Shown here in pieces: positions 45,937-56,194 of a stretch of DNA of 64,000 nucleotides; position 1 is the stretch's first letter, and each line of letters starts with the position of its first letter. A model generated the notes under the pieces. That model was not told the DNA's origin, ran no database searches, and saw nothing but the letters and a program-made list of their open reading frames with translations. The translations under genes were made by a program, and so were the position numbers. Source of the DNA: Staphylococcus phage SAC; the sequence record OR234014.1. One strand, written 5' to 3'.

Positions 45937-46775
45937 CCTACATGTTCAATAGTGGTCGTTAATCACTACCAGTTCTCTAATTAACAATATTTATAGTTAG
46001 GGAATTTTTCAGAATTACATCTTCTGGTTAATGTATTTCTGTTTATTCCTAGCTCTTCAGAGCATATACCCATATTTTTATAAACTACGCCATCAACAAT
46101 AACTTTTTTAGCATTAGCGCTTTCTTTACCATACATCGGATTGTTTTTTCCTCGTCTATCCATTATATTCCACCCAAAACCTATCTCCATATTATAACCT
46201 TTTTTTACAGATTCGTACATGTCTATAAAAATTTGCTCTACCATGTAAGCAAACTTTTTATCCTCTGTACTAAAAGTGTATAATTCTTCTACATAAAAAT
46301 TCTCTTCACCATGTTTCATCATTGATTGGTGTAAATTAGTTGTTGAGCCTATCTTAGCTTTTCTAATATGATTTTTAAATCTATGTTGAACTGTTTTTGA
46401 TGTAATTCCGATGTATATTTTATTATTGTTTTTGTTTGTAATTTTATAAATATGGTACTCCATTTTCGACCCTCTTAATTATTATTGTTAATATGAACTT
46501 CTATATGTTTCCATATAGAGCAGACTATATCATCTTCCTTAATAAGGAAGTCCACCATTTCGATTTAAATAAGATTTACTTGATTATTACTCAATACTTA
46601 TACCACTTGGCTCTAACCTTATCCCTTCACTTATGTGAATAGGTTACGGATAGTCGTTAGGCATTTACAGATTTATAATCTGATTTAGCACGGTGTTGTC
46701 GTATATTTTAACTTAGATATTCACCGTTTAGATGGATTTTTCGATAGTAATTACTTACTAAAGGTGCAAATTTTT
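45937..46775 (-). mobile_element. group I intron in nrdE (839 nt) carrying a GIY-YIG homing endonuclease gene
   Basis: Splits the active-site 'SNLC|SEI'. Exon 1 ends TGT (U) and the intron ends ...GTAGG (G). The 'gatatagtct' core (46531-46545, minus) is 5' of the ORF. Confidence 0.8.
45981..46463 (-). CDS. GIY-YIG homing endonuclease, intron-encoded
   Basis: 'HIYKITNKNNNKIYIGITSKTVQHRFKNH' is the GIY-(10)-YIG motif with the conserved R. Confidence 0.8.
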   Translation of the reverse strand: MEYHIYKITNKNNNKIYIGITSKTVQHRFKNHIRKAKIGSTTNLHQSMMKHGEENFYVEELYTFSTEDKKFAYMVEQIFIDMYESVKKGYNMEIGFGWNIMDRRGKNNPMYGKESANAKKVIVDGVVYKNMGICSEELGINRNTLTRRCNSEKFPNYKYC

Positions 46776-47522
46776 ACACAAATTTGAGTTATTAATAGTC
46801 AATCCTTTGTCTTTATATACATCTACTGTATTACTATTTGCATTATCATGAAAGAAGATATAGGGGTATCCTATTTGTGTTCTTCTTGTTAATACTTTAG
46901 CCCATGTTTTTCTTTTTTCTTTGTCCCCATTAATCATGTCTAATAACCAATCATCAGTAACTGTTACCGCATGTGTTAAGTTTTGAATTGGATTACCTTC
47001 GGTACCAATCTCTAAAAACTCGTCAATATCTTTGTGTTCTATAGGTAGATAAGGGCTAAATCTTCCTCTTCTTTGGCTACCCTGACTTATCGTATCTGTC
47101 ATTTGCTCAAATAGCTTCATAAAATGAACGGAACCACTTGTCAGTCCATTATCAGTGATTTCTGAGCCTCTAGGTCTGATGTTACCGAAGTAACCACTTG
47201 TACCACCACCGTATTTACTCATCATACCTACTTCACTAGCAGTATTAAGTATCGATGGTATAGTATCATCTACCCAACTACCAAAACAACTAATACTAAA
47301 TCCTCTATCTTTCCCGAAATTAGACCATATAGGACTGGATAAGGAATAATAACCTTTACTCATATAATCATAAAACTTGTCAGAAAACCCATCAATACCT
47401 AAAATATCTTCAGCGTAATCTGCAATATCTTTAATTCTTTGTTCTGGTGTTTCACCATCACTTAAATAACCACGTTCTAGAAAAACTCTAGAATCATTAT
47501 TTAACCATTCAAAATTACTCAT
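46776..47522 (-). CDS. nrdE: ribonucleotide reductase large subunit NrdE-like, exon 1 (N-terminally short)
   Basis: 'SCFGSWVDDT' loop, 'GGGTSGYFGNIRPRGSEI', 'GYPYIFFHDNAN', and ends 'SNLC'. It starts about 95-140 aa later than typical NrdE. Confidence 0.8.
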
Positions 47523-47537
47523 CTATATACACTGCCT

Positions 47538-48875
47538 TTATATCATTTTTAGTCTTAAAATAGCGTTTACTTTATCTTTAGTAACTCGTTTACCAGTATT
47601 TTCAAAATCAGATTCCGTTGAAAAAATAGTATCTTCCGTTACAGAATTACTAAATTTTGTATAGTTTACAGAACGTTTAGATAAAAAGTCCGTTAACTTA
47701 GTACTAATAACTTCATCATCAAACCATGACACTTCACTTAGTAACTCTTCATCAACATCAAAAAGTTTAGTATACCCAACAGCTACTAGAGAGTTATTAA
47801 GCCTATTTTTAATAAATTCTTGTACTACTTTCTTAGGTAAGAACTCTAGTTCCCCATCTTCATACATCCAATCAAGTAACCGTGTTTCTGATTCATAAGA
47901 TTTTTTACAGGCTGTGTAAACTGCATCTTCCATTTCTTTGTTGAACCACTCAGGTCTTTCTTCTCTAAGAATATTAATGATTTCTGTTCCAAATAATCCA
48001 TGGATTTGCTCTTCTTTAGATGTAGCTTCAATAGCATTTGATAAACCTCTAAATAAGTTTTTATATTTATTAAAACTCATCATAATTAAAAATTGACTAA
48101 ATAAAGATACATGTTCAATAAATATAGAAAATAATAAAACAGATAGTACGTAATCTCTATCATCCTCACTCTTACTTAGTTTTACATGCATCGCTAACTC
48201 ATCAACACGTTCTTTAAGAGCAGGAATATCGTCAATTGTTTTAAACTCCTCATTCAAACCTAAAATCTCTAATAAATGTGAATAAGCGTCGGCATGACGT
48301 GCTTCACTCTCACTAAAAGTTGCACCCACAGCTCCAGTTTCCCATTTAGGCATTCTATGATATAGGTCACCCCAGAAAGTCTTTACTGCTACTTCTACTT
48401 GGGCAATTGCTAGCATAGCTTTTTTAATGGTCATTTGCTCATTGTATTTAACGTTATTCTTATAGTCTTGAATATCTGATGTATAGTTAAACTCAGTGTG
48501 TACCCAGTAACTTTGGCGTATAGCATCTTTATATTCTAATAATTCAGGGTATTCATAGGGTTTTAATTCTTTTCTTGGTTTGAATAAGTCTCTTTTACGC
48601 TCTCTTTTCTTTTTATCCCTATATAAAATAAAAGCTTTAGCAGTATCTTTATACATACTACTAAATAAAACTTCTTCTACTATATCTTGTATTAATTCTA
48701 CAGTAATGATAGTGTCTTGTTCTTCTAGTAAAGAGTCTACGTCATCTACAAGAGAATCAATAACATCTTCAATATATTCTTCTGTTTCTGAGTTGGCTCT
48801 TAAAATAGCATTAGTAACTTTACTTAAATCATAATCTACAACGGAACCATCACGTTTTTTTATTTGTGTAATCAA
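47538..48875 (-). CDS. nrdF: ribonucleotide reductase small subunit (R2/NrdF-like) with N-terminal ATP-cone domain
   Basis: N-terminal 'ITQIKKRDGSVVDYDLSKVTNAILRA...VELIQDIVEEVL...AKAFILYR' is ATP-cone consensus (VIKRDG..E.F...KI..AI; EEIQD.VE; A.AYI.YR). R2 core 'SESEARHADAY' (ExxH + Y radical), 'EEQIHGLFG', and C-terminal 'DFLSKRSVNYTK...ESDF'. Confidence 0.8.
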   Translation of the reverse strand: MITQIKKRDGSVVDYDLSKVTNAILRANSETEEYIEDVIDSLVDDVDSLLEEQDTIITVELIQDIVEEVLFSSMYKDTAKAFILYRDKKKRERKRDLFKPRKELKPYEYPELLEYKDAIRQSYWVHTEFNYTSDIQDYKNNVKYNEQMTIKKAMLAIAQVEVAVKTFWGDLYHRMPKWETGAVGATFSESEARHADAYSHLLEILGLNEEFKTIDDIPALKERVDELAMHVKLSKSEDDRDYVLSVLLFSIFIEHVSLFSQFLIMMSFNKYKNLFRGLSNAIEATSKEEQIHGLFGTEIINILREERPEWFNKEMEDAVYTACKKSYESETRLLDWMYEDGELEFLPKKVVQEFIKNRLNNSLVAVGYTKLFDVDEELLSEVSWFDDEVISTKLTDFLSKRSVNYTKFSNSVTEDTIFSTESDFENTGKRVTKDKVNAILRLKMI

Positions 48876-48889
48876 CTAGTATCCCTTCC

Positions 48890-49498
48890 TTATATACCAT
48901 CAAGTAAATCATCAATCAACTTATCTTCTTTTTTACTAACTTTAGATATTTTAGATTTGACAACTCTATATGGTTTAATCTCTTTTTTGTTGTAGCAAGA
49001 TATAATATAAGAAGGTGTTAAGTTAGTCAACCCATCTATCGTAGTTATAAGAACATCATAAAAATGTTTGTCTTTTCTAACATTCTCTATAATAAAATCT
49101 GTTCTCATAATAGGGTACTCTTCATCTCTTAACTTAACATATACATCTTCTATATAAGGTAATGCTACATATGACTGTGCTCTATTTCTTGTAAATATTA
49201 AACAAGGAGTTTTATTAACTTGCAAACTATCTCCTATAACTTGTTCCCACCATGTATGAGGTTCTTTATTATTAAGTAGAACATTATCCATAATCCAATT
49301 TTCTCTATGTTTACACTCTACAACTAATGGAAAATTAGACTCTAAAGGTGCTACAATGTCACCGACAGCATTATTGTTAGCTCCCCATGATGCACCTCCT
49401 GATTGTGGAGACCTACTAAAAGGATAACCCCACCAATCAGAAAGTTCTTTGGCAATCTTTCTTTCGAATACATCACCTTTTTTTTTACTATTTGTCAT
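48890..49498 (-). CDS. putative Holliday-junction resolvase / PD-(D/E)xK nuclease (Hjc/RecU-like)
   Basis: 'GDVFERKIAKELSDWWG...VGDIVAP...LVVECKHRE' has G..FER...L...D...ECK spacing like Hjc-type resolvases. Confidence 0.45.
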   Translation of the reverse strand: MTNSKKKGDVFERKIAKELSDWWGYPFSRSPQSGGASWGANNNAVGDIVAPLESNFPLVVECKHRENWIMDNVLLNNKEPHTWWEQVIGDSLQVNKTPCLIFTRNRAQSYVALPYIEDVYVKLRDEEYPIMRTDFIIENVRKDKHFYDVLITTIDGLTNLTPSYIISCYNKKEIKPYRVVKSKISKVSKKEDKLIDDLLDGI

Positions 49499-49925
49499 GT
49501 TTCTTCAACTGCACTACTTTTTCATTATCTTCTTTTGCTTTATGCTCTTCTTGTTTTTTTCTTACTTCTTCTTGTTTTTCTTCTAAATACTTTTCACGTT
49601 TTTCTTTTAATTTAAGTTGCGCCTTCTCTACTTGCTCAGTAGTTACATCTAGGTTATCTTCCATAACAATCATTAACAAATCAATAGCATTAAAAGCATC
49701 ATTAAAGGCAGATGCATACTCTTGAACTGTAACGGCATTAATTGCTCGTGCAATTCTAGTAGCCTCATCTAATGATACACTACGTGCTCCAATACGATGT
49801 AATTGCTTAGCAGTGTCCTCAGTTAATTCCTTGCCTTCTACTGTTCCTTGTGTAATAGCTTCTAACCACATGTCCATATCTTTTTGTGAAATACCTTTTG
49901 TATGTGTACTAATATTTTTTTCCAT
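49488..49925 (-). CDS. hypothetical protein with K/E-rich C-terminus
   Basis: 145-aa ORF. Confidence 0.5.
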   Translation of the reverse strand: MEKNISTHTKGISQKDMDMWLEAITQGTVEGKELTEDTAKQLHRIGARSVSLDEATRIARAINAVTVQEYASAFNDAFNAIDLLMIVMEDNLDVTTEQVEKAQLKLKEKREKYLEEKQEEVRKKQEEHKAKEDNEKVVQLKKHDK

Positions 49926-50281
49926 TATTCTTCATCCTTTTCTTTTGATTCTTCAATTGCTTCCTCAATATATTTTAATACGTCATCGTTAACTAACTCA
50001 GCTTTGTATAAAGCATCAATTAGAATGTTTAAGTTTAACTCTGTATTTTGCTCTAGGTCAACCATTTGTTTATTAACACCTAACAATAAGTTAGTAATAG
50101 CTTTCATAACATCTGTTAAAGTTGCTGTTTGTTCTTTACCTAACTCTTCTAATTGGTGCATACGCTGTTCATTACCTACACGTAATGCTGTAACATACTC
50201 ATCTACAAAATGTAGAATATCTTTCTCTTCCAAAATAACACTTCCTTTATTTTTATATATGTATTGTAACATACTATACAT
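49925..50281 (-). CDS. hypothetical acidic protein
   Basis: 118-aa ORF, ATGA-coupled. Confidence 0.5.
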   Translation of the reverse strand: MYSMLQYIYKNKGSVILEEKDILHFVDEYVTALRVGNEQRMHQLEELGKEQTATLTDVMKAITNLLLGVNKQMVDLEQNTELNLNILIDALYKAELVNDDVLKYIEEAIEESKEKDEE

Positions 50282-50293
50282 TATAATGCAAGA

Positions 50294-51370
50294 TTAAAGT
50301 TTTAACTTTTGTTGTAACTTGTAACTTTGAATACTTTCAGGTGTAACTAAAAATCTATTGTGTTTCAAAGTACTAAAAGCTTTTTCCATACCCATATCAT
50401 TAGCATCTTCATTACCATGTGGTACTAAATACACTACATTGAAATGTGAGATAAGCTTATTAGCTAAATTAATACTAAAGTCTGTAGCGTCTGTGTCTAA
50501 CATAATATATATAGGTGTTTCTTTAGGAATACTTGAAATGAGGTTATTAACTTGTATCTTTGAAACTTGTTTACCAAACGTAGCTATACCGTACTTATCA
50601 AATGTAAGGGCGTCAAAAACACCCTCAGTTATAACAACAAACTTTTGTTTACTAGCTATATTTAAATTAAATATAACATCGCTTTTACCATACTCATTAG
50701 GTTTAGAAGGTGCATTTATAGATTTAATATATGGATTTGTTTCAATACTTCTTGTATTCCAGTATATATACTTACCTTCATTGTCATAAGTAAAAAATAT
50801 AACACTATTTCTAAGTACTATTTTCTTTTTCTCATTATTAATACCATAAGAATAGCAATAACCATTTATAATATACCCTATACTATAGTCTAGGATTTGC
50901 TGTAGTGTAATACCTCTATTCTTGAGATATCTTAAATACGGTACTACTTCTTTATTATTTAAGTTATCTTTAATCAATTTAAACCCTATAGGTAGTTCAG
51001 GTGCTTTTGATTTTATACTACTATTATCTTTTGTATATCCATTAAGCCTTAGTAATAATTTCTCACTTTCAGTTAAATCTGTGTTATATATTTCTAATGT
51101 TGGTGAGAATTGTATATCAATATTCTTTGTTTCTAATAACTCAAAAGCTTGTCTACCTGTAATACTATAATAAGATTTCATAAAAGTAATAGGGTTACCA
51201 TGTTCTCCACACTTCTTACAATGATACATACCATTAGTAGAGTCTAAAGACTGCTTAACATAAAACTTGTATTTCTGTTCCCCACAAAAAGGACAACAAT
51301 ATCGTAATTCTCCTACAGTATTCTCTTTGGGTGTTCCAATCTCTTGACTTAAAAAGTCTTCAAACCTCAT
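50294..51370 (-). CDS. DNA primase (DnaG-like: zinc-binding plus TOPRIM)
   Basis: Zn finger 'CCPFCGE...HCKKCGEHGN'. TOPRIM 'FVVITEGVFDALT' (E.G) and 'IYIMLDTDATD' (DxD). Confidence 0.85.
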   Translation of the reverse strand: MRFEDFLSQEIGTPKENTVGELRYCCPFCGEQKYKFYVKQSLDSTNGMYHCKKCGEHGNPITFMKSYYSITGRQAFELLETKNIDIQFSPTLEIYNTDLTESEKLLLRLNGYTKDNSSIKSKAPELPIGFKLIKDNLNNKEVVPYLRYLKNRGITLQQILDYSIGYIINGYCYSYGINNEKKKIVLRNSVIFFTYDNEGKYIYWNTRSIETNPYIKSINAPSKPNEYGKSDVIFNLNIASKQKFVVITEGVFDALTFDKYGIATFGKQVSKIQVNNLISSIPKETPIYIMLDTDATDFSINLANKLISHFNVVYLVPHGNEDANDMGMEKAFSTLKHNRFLVTPESIQSYKLQQKLKL

Positions 51371-51383
51371 TTTCAGTCACTTC

Positions 51384-51977
51384 CTATATAGAAACAATTT
51401 TCTTCATTAATAGTAACATATTATAGATTTGACTTAAATCACTATAAGTATCATCTACCAGTGTTGTACTGTACTTGAGTACTTCATTTAATTGATAATC
51501 CTCTGATTTCTTACTAAAGGTGTTAATCTCTTCAATTGTTTTATCTTTCAAGTACTCGTTTGTACTGATTGTTTTTAGTGTTTGGAAAATAACACCTAAG
51601 TCACTAAATCCTTGCTTTACATCTTTACTTGTGAAGGGTTCATCTATAGTAGGTAAACCGTACAACTTAGCTTTCTCAATAATTTTCTCATTATCTTCTT
51701 TTATTTTTTCGTTATACCATAATCCTAATTTACATTTAACAGTTTCACATTTATATAAGGTTTGGTGAGTTAACCCATAAGACACAGGTAAGCTAGAGCG
51801 TAATCTCTTTAGTTCAATATATCCAAAGTCATTACTAGCTTTATACTCGTATGCATTACTTAAAGGATACCAGTCTACTAAAGTAGAAACAGGAATATTA
51901 TCTATATGTAACTTTGCATTGTTTGTATAATTTACTGTTAAAGATGCAAACTGGTTATCTTTAATCTTTAGTTTCAT
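51384..51977 (-). CDS. hypothetical protein
   Basis: 197-aa ORF between the primase and sbcC. Confidence 0.5.
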   Translation of the reverse strand: MKLKIKDNQFASLTVNYTNNAKLHIDNIPVSTLVDWYPLSNAYEYKASNDFGYIELKRLRSSLPVSYGLTHQTLYKCETVKCKLGLWYNEKIKEDNEKIIEKAKLYGLPTIDEPFTSKDVKQGFSDLGVIFQTLKTISTNEYLKDKTIEEINTFSKKSEDYQLNEVLKYSTTLVDDTYSDLSQIYNMLLLMKKIVSI

Positions 51978-53904
51978 TATTTAATTCCTTTCTTAGTGTA
52001 GCTACACCGTTTTCTTTTACTACCGTAATTGTATTCTCAAATAAAGGTGCTAGACTCTTATTATGAGTAATAACAAAAATAGTACCTACTGTTTTTAGTC
52101 TATCTTTTAGTAGTTTAACTACGTTCTCACAACCAATAGTGTCTAGACCATCAAAGCATTCATCGTAAAGGGCTATATTTGTAGATATATCTTCTTTACT
52201 CATAATTAAGTCTTGGATAGCAAAACTAATAGCTAGGTCAATACGTTTTTGCTCTCCTGCTGAATTAGATTTGTAAGACTCTCCTCCATTGTTATTCTTA
52301 ACAATAACATCGAACTTATCTTTAAGTTCTCCCTTAGCATTTTCTACTTGTGTTTGAAATTCAATTTCGATATCCGAACCCGCTAATATTTGTAAATACT
52401 CATTAGCTTTATCATTTAAGAACGGTGTAATAAAGTCTAATATTACAGAACGTAATCCTTTATTACTAAATGCATCTACAGCTTGTTTATATTTTGTTTT
52501 CTTACTCTCTAATTGTACTATATTTTCCTTATGTTTGTCAATAGTATTGTCAATATCTTTTAGTTCTTTATTGTGTAATTCTTCATTAGGTTCTTCTATA
52601 TAAGAGTAATCATTTAATATTGGTTCTTTTAAATTAGCTTTAGTGTTTTCTAATTGGCTAATTTCATCATATACTTCTTGCTGTTCTCTGTATTGCCGTT
52701 GAATATCATCATCATGTTTTTTCTTTTCTATATCTTCTTGCTGTATAAATTGTTGTAATTCTTTAGATTTAGCTAGTAGCTCTTCTTTCTTATTAATTAT
52801 AGTCTGCTCATTATGTTCGTACTGAGATATTTTAGCTTGTTTTTCTTTAATTTGTAATTCTAAGTTTTCTTTTTCTTTTATTTTGTGTGTATTATCTATA
52901 GGAGAACCACAAACAGGACAATGGTCATTTGTATCTAGTTTATTAATAGATTGTTTTAATTGATTAATTATATTTAGAGTTGTATTCTTATTTGTTGTTT
53001 CTTGACTCAATAATGGCAATAATTTATCATTAATATTTGTGTTAATCTTTTCAATACCTTGGTTAGCTTTTGTATAATTTTCACTAAATACAAATTCAAA
53101 GTCTTCAACTTTAGGAATACTACCTTTACATACACCAATCTGATTGTCTAAATCTTTTAATTTATTCTCGTACTCTTGTTTCTTTTGATTAAACTGTTCC
53201 TCTTCTTGCTTCTTACGCTCTAATAAGTTATTATATTTATTTACTTCATTATTATATTGTTCTTGTTTTAGGTTTCTTTTATATTCTAGTTTTTCTATTT
53301 CTTGTTGTTCTTTACTTTGTTTCTCCTCTACTTCTTTAACTTTTTCTTTAGCTACTTCTTGGGCTTGCTTATAAATATCAGTCTTAGTAATAGATTCTAG
53401 TATTTCTTTTTTACCTTTGTCGGTAGCTTGTGAAAACATAGGAATGTCTCCTTGACCATATATAATAGCATTTACATATGTATTAAAAGGAATACCAAAT
53501 AACTCTTGTATTTGAGTATCCGTAACATCATTTGTAGAGCCTGTTATCTCTTTGTTATTACAGAACAGCTTAACCTTGTTCTTGTGTTCCTTGTGTTTAC
53601 GATATCTTTCGATTAAATACTCGTCTTTACCTATGTTGAAAGAAAGCTTAACGTAGGTGTCTTTCTTCTTATACTTATTAACAACATCATCTGCCTTTAA
53701 ACCTTTCTCAGTCTTTCCGAACAGTGCATATGTGATAGAGGATATCATGCTTGTTTTACTTGTTCCATTACTTTCAAAACTATCATTTGTTTTATTAATA
53801 CCTTCAATAAGTACAAGACCTTGCTTATCCAGATTTAGCTTGATATGCTCAATAGCTAAAAAGTTATTCATCTCTACATAATTAAACTTAACCATTTGTA
53901 CCAC
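51961..53904 (-). CDS. sbcC: SbcC/Rad50-like ATPase
   Basis: N-terminal P-loop region, long coiled coil, zinc hook 'CPVCGSPI'. C-terminal signature/Walker B/H-loop: 'NSAGEQKRIDLA', 'ALYDECFDGLD', 'VITHN'. Confidence 0.8.
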   Translation of the reverse strand: MVQMVKFNYVEMNNFLAIEHIKLNLDKQGLVLIEGINKTNDSFESNGTSKTSMISSITYALFGKTEKGLKADDVVNKYKKKDTYVKLSFNIGKDEYLIERYRKHKEHKNKVKLFCNNKEITGSTNDVTDTQIQELFGIPFNTYVNAIIYGQGDIPMFSQATDKGKKEILESITKTDIYKQAQEVAKEKVKEVEEKQSKEQQEIEKLEYKRNLKQEQYNNEVNKYNNLLERKKQEEEQFNQKKQEYENKLKDLDNQIGVCKGSIPKVEDFEFVFSENYTKANQGIEKINTNINDKLLPLLSQETTNKNTTLNIINQLKQSINKLDTNDHCPVCGSPIDNTHKIKEKENLELQIKEKQAKISQYEHNEQTIINKKEELLAKSKELQQFIQQEDIEKKKHDDDIQRQYREQQEVYDEISQLENTKANLKEPILNDYSYIEEPNEELHNKELKDIDNTIDKHKENIVQLESKKTKYKQAVDAFSNKGLRSVILDFITPFLNDKANEYLQILAGSDIEIEFQTQVENAKGELKDKFDVIVKNNNGGESYKSNSAGEQKRIDLAISFAIQDLIMSKEDISTNIALYDECFDGLDTIGCENVVKLLKDRLKTVGTIFVITHNKSLAPLFENTITVVKENGVATLRKELNNETKD

Positions 53905-54154
53905 CTTCTTTTAACAATTTAAAGAAACATTGATGTGAACCATAATCTAGAATATAACAATCTTCTTGTTCAATAACCCTCGTATAATAATGAGCGTAGT
54001 TAGCTTCCTCTAGTACTTTGTTAATAAGGTACATCGCATCATCAATATTTTTAACATTACATACATCATATGTTCTTTTATTATGTAAGAACTGTAAAAT
54101 AGGTTTAGATTTATCTATACTTGGTTTAATATTCTTTATAATAATATCTATCAT
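53888..54154 (-). CDS. hypothetical protein
   Basis: 88-aa ORF between sbcD and sbcC. Confidence 0.45.
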   Translation of the reverse strand: MIDIIIKNIKPSIDKSKPILQFLHNKRTYDVCNVKNIDDAMYLINKVLEEANYAHYYTRVIEQEDCYILDYGSHQCFFKLLKEGGTNG

Positions 54155-54155
54155 A

Positions 54156-55187
54156 CTACAACACCGCCTTTAAACACTCTAGAAGCTCATCTTTTGCTTC
54201 TGGATAGTATTTGTCTGCATAACTAGAAGTAATCGTTATAGGGCTGTCAGACACGTCAGCGTCGACTCTCTTTTCTACCGTGTATTCTTTCTTCATTTGT
54301 ACTTGTACATTAGATTCATCTTCTGTTTTATCTAATTCAATTACTTTAGCTTGTTCTGGAGTACCAATAAACCTAATAAAGTGACCTTGGTTTACTAAAT
54401 CATTCATGTTATCTGGTACATTGTCACCTTGCACTGTAATAAACTTTCTAGTATCTAATGGAATGAACGTTGATGTTAGCTTATCTGTATCTATTAAATG
54501 TACACCATTAGCTTCTTGTTCATCTGAAAAGGATTGTTGCATTAGAGAACCACCATACATATGATTAGGGTTATTGTTTAAATATTGTCTTCTATGATAG
54601 TGACCAAGAAGAATAAAATCATATTTTTCTGGTAATAGGTCTTGGTAACCAAATGCACCTTCTAATCTGTGTGAGCCTTTACCTGTTAAACTATTCTCTA
54701 CGCCTAAATGTGCTACTAATATATTTACTTTATCTTTTTGGTAAGATTTTTTAATATACTCCTTAATTTCTTCTGTTTCATCTCCATAAGCACACATAGT
54801 TAATTGTACTTTACTAGAAAGTGAGTCACTACGTAAATCTTTAGTTACTTCCACATTAGGTAATGTTTCAAAGATATCAATACTAGATTCCGTATATAAA
54901 GAATTAGACACAGCATCATGATTTCCTCTAACCATATATACTTTAACATCTTGATTCTTAGCAAAGGTTTCAAATACCTTATTATATACTCTAGTATCTA
55001 CCGCATTTCTCTTATGGAATAAATCTCCTCCAAATATAACTTTAGCTTTATTTTCTCTAGCTAAATCAAATACTTTTTGTAATGTCTCAATTTGTTCTTT
55101 AAATCTATCATTACCATATTCTTCATCAGGTTTACTATAATTCGTAAACATATGAAAATGGCTATCTGTAAAAAATATAAATTTCAT
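54156..55187 (-). CDS. sbcD: SbcD/Mre11-like nuclease
   Basis: Phosphoesterase motifs 'FFTDSHFH', 'GGDLFH', 'GNHD' and 'GHYH'. Confidence 0.85.
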   Translation of the reverse strand: MKFIFFTDSHFHMFTNYSKPDEEYGNDRFKEQIETLQKVFDLARENKAKVIFGGDLFHKRNAVDTRVYNKVFETFAKNQDVKVYMVRGNHDAVSNSLYTESSIDIFETLPNVEVTKDLRSDSLSSKVQLTMCAYGDETEEIKEYIKKSYQKDKVNILVAHLGVENSLTGKGSHRLEGAFGYQDLLPEKYDFILLGHYHRRQYLNNNPNHMYGGSLMQQSFSDEQEANGVHLIDTDKLTSTFIPLDTRKFITVQGDNVPDNMNDLVNQGHFIRFIGTPEQAKVIELDKTEDESNVQVQMKKEYTVEKRVDADVSDSPITITSSYADKYYPEAKDELLECLKAVL

Positions 55188-55256
55188 TAGTGTCCTCCTT
55201 TAGTACGTTATGATAAAAGTATAACCCTTAACAAACATGTTGTCAAGGGTTTTGTT

Positions 55257-55946
55257 TTAATTTGTATTATTTAGTAATCTATCTTGTGCCATACTGAAGT
55301 ATTCTTCTGATAATTCACAACCAATAAAATTCCTATTTAACTTTTTACATGCGACACCTGTTGTTCCGCTTCCCATGAAGCAGTCTAGAACAATGTCTCC
55401 TTCATTAGTTAAGCACTCTAACAACCATTCCATAGCATATAAAGGTTTCTGTGTTGGGTGTCCTTTGCCCTGCTTTTCACTTCTAGGTGTTACACTTGTT
55501 TTAATACAAGGTCTTTCATATTTTTCATCTAAACGGTTAAAAGTCCATTTAGCTCCTTTTTTAACAAAATAAAGAGCAAATTCAGTATCAAAAATAAATC
55601 GTCTATCCCTATTACGAGGCATAGGGATAGATTTTTTCAGACGAATAACATCTTTAAATTCACAGCCTAATTCTTCCATAGTATTAATGATGAGTGTGAA
55701 TTGTCTCATGTCACAAAACACAACGATATTACCACCTTTTTTAACTTTTGGTATAGCTTTATTAATCCATAAAGTAGCTTCAAAATTTTTATCCCATTCC
55801 CCAAAATCAATACCAGCTCTACCCATAGTTGTGAACCTGTTCTCTTTTGCAATATTGTATGGTGGGTCTGTGATAATAGCATCTACACTACTATCTTCAA
55901 TTGTATCTAATAACTCTAAGCAATCCCCCTGTAATAATTTTATCAT
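55257..55946 (-). CDS. DNA methyltransferase (beta-class N6-adenine/N4-cytosine, DPPY)
   Basis: 'AIITDPPYNI' (motif IV) near the N-terminus and 'VLDCFMGSGTTGVAC' (motif I) near the C-terminus. Confidence 0.85.
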   Translation of the reverse strand: MIKLLQGDCLELLDTIEDSSVDAIITDPPYNIAKENRFTTMGRAGIDFGEWDKNFEATLWINKAIPKVKKGGNIVVFCDMRQFTLIINTMEELGCEFKDVIRLKKSIPMPRNRDRRFIFDTEFALYFVKKGAKWTFNRLDEKYERPCIKTSVTPRSEKQGKGHPTQKPLYAMEWLLECLTNEGDIVLDCFMGSGTTGVACKKLNRNFIGCELSEEYFSMAQDRLLNNTN

Positions 55947-56194
55947 TATTTTACTCCCTCTTCACTAATTTCTATAACATCATGATTAGCAAACTCCTGT
56001 AATTTAAACATATGATTGTCATTAATCTCATTTAGTAGCTTACTTGAATAAAAATGTATCAATTCACATACCTCATCTGTGTAAGGCTCTCCTCTTAATA
56101 TATCTTCAAGGATATCCATTGCTTCTTCCGTATCTACCTTTACGTGTCTTAAAAATTCAGTCTTATCTTGTAGTTCCTGTATTGTCATTTTCAT
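55946..56194 (-). CDS. hypothetical protein
   Basis: 82-aa ORF, ATGA-coupled to the MTase. Confidence 0.45.
   Translation of the reverse strand: MKMTIQELQDKTEFLRHVKVDTEEAMDILEDILRGEPYTDEVCELIHFYSSKLLNEINDNHMFKLQEFANHDVIEISEEGVK

Noticed and set aside
47538-48875. Considered whether this ORF is the missing N-terminus of NrdE rather than an R2 subunit.
   Set aside because: It contains the full R2 di-iron/tyrosyl signature (E-x-x-H...Y four residues after H; second ExxH) and an R2-type C-terminal tail. It is therefore a small subunit with an added ATP-cone.
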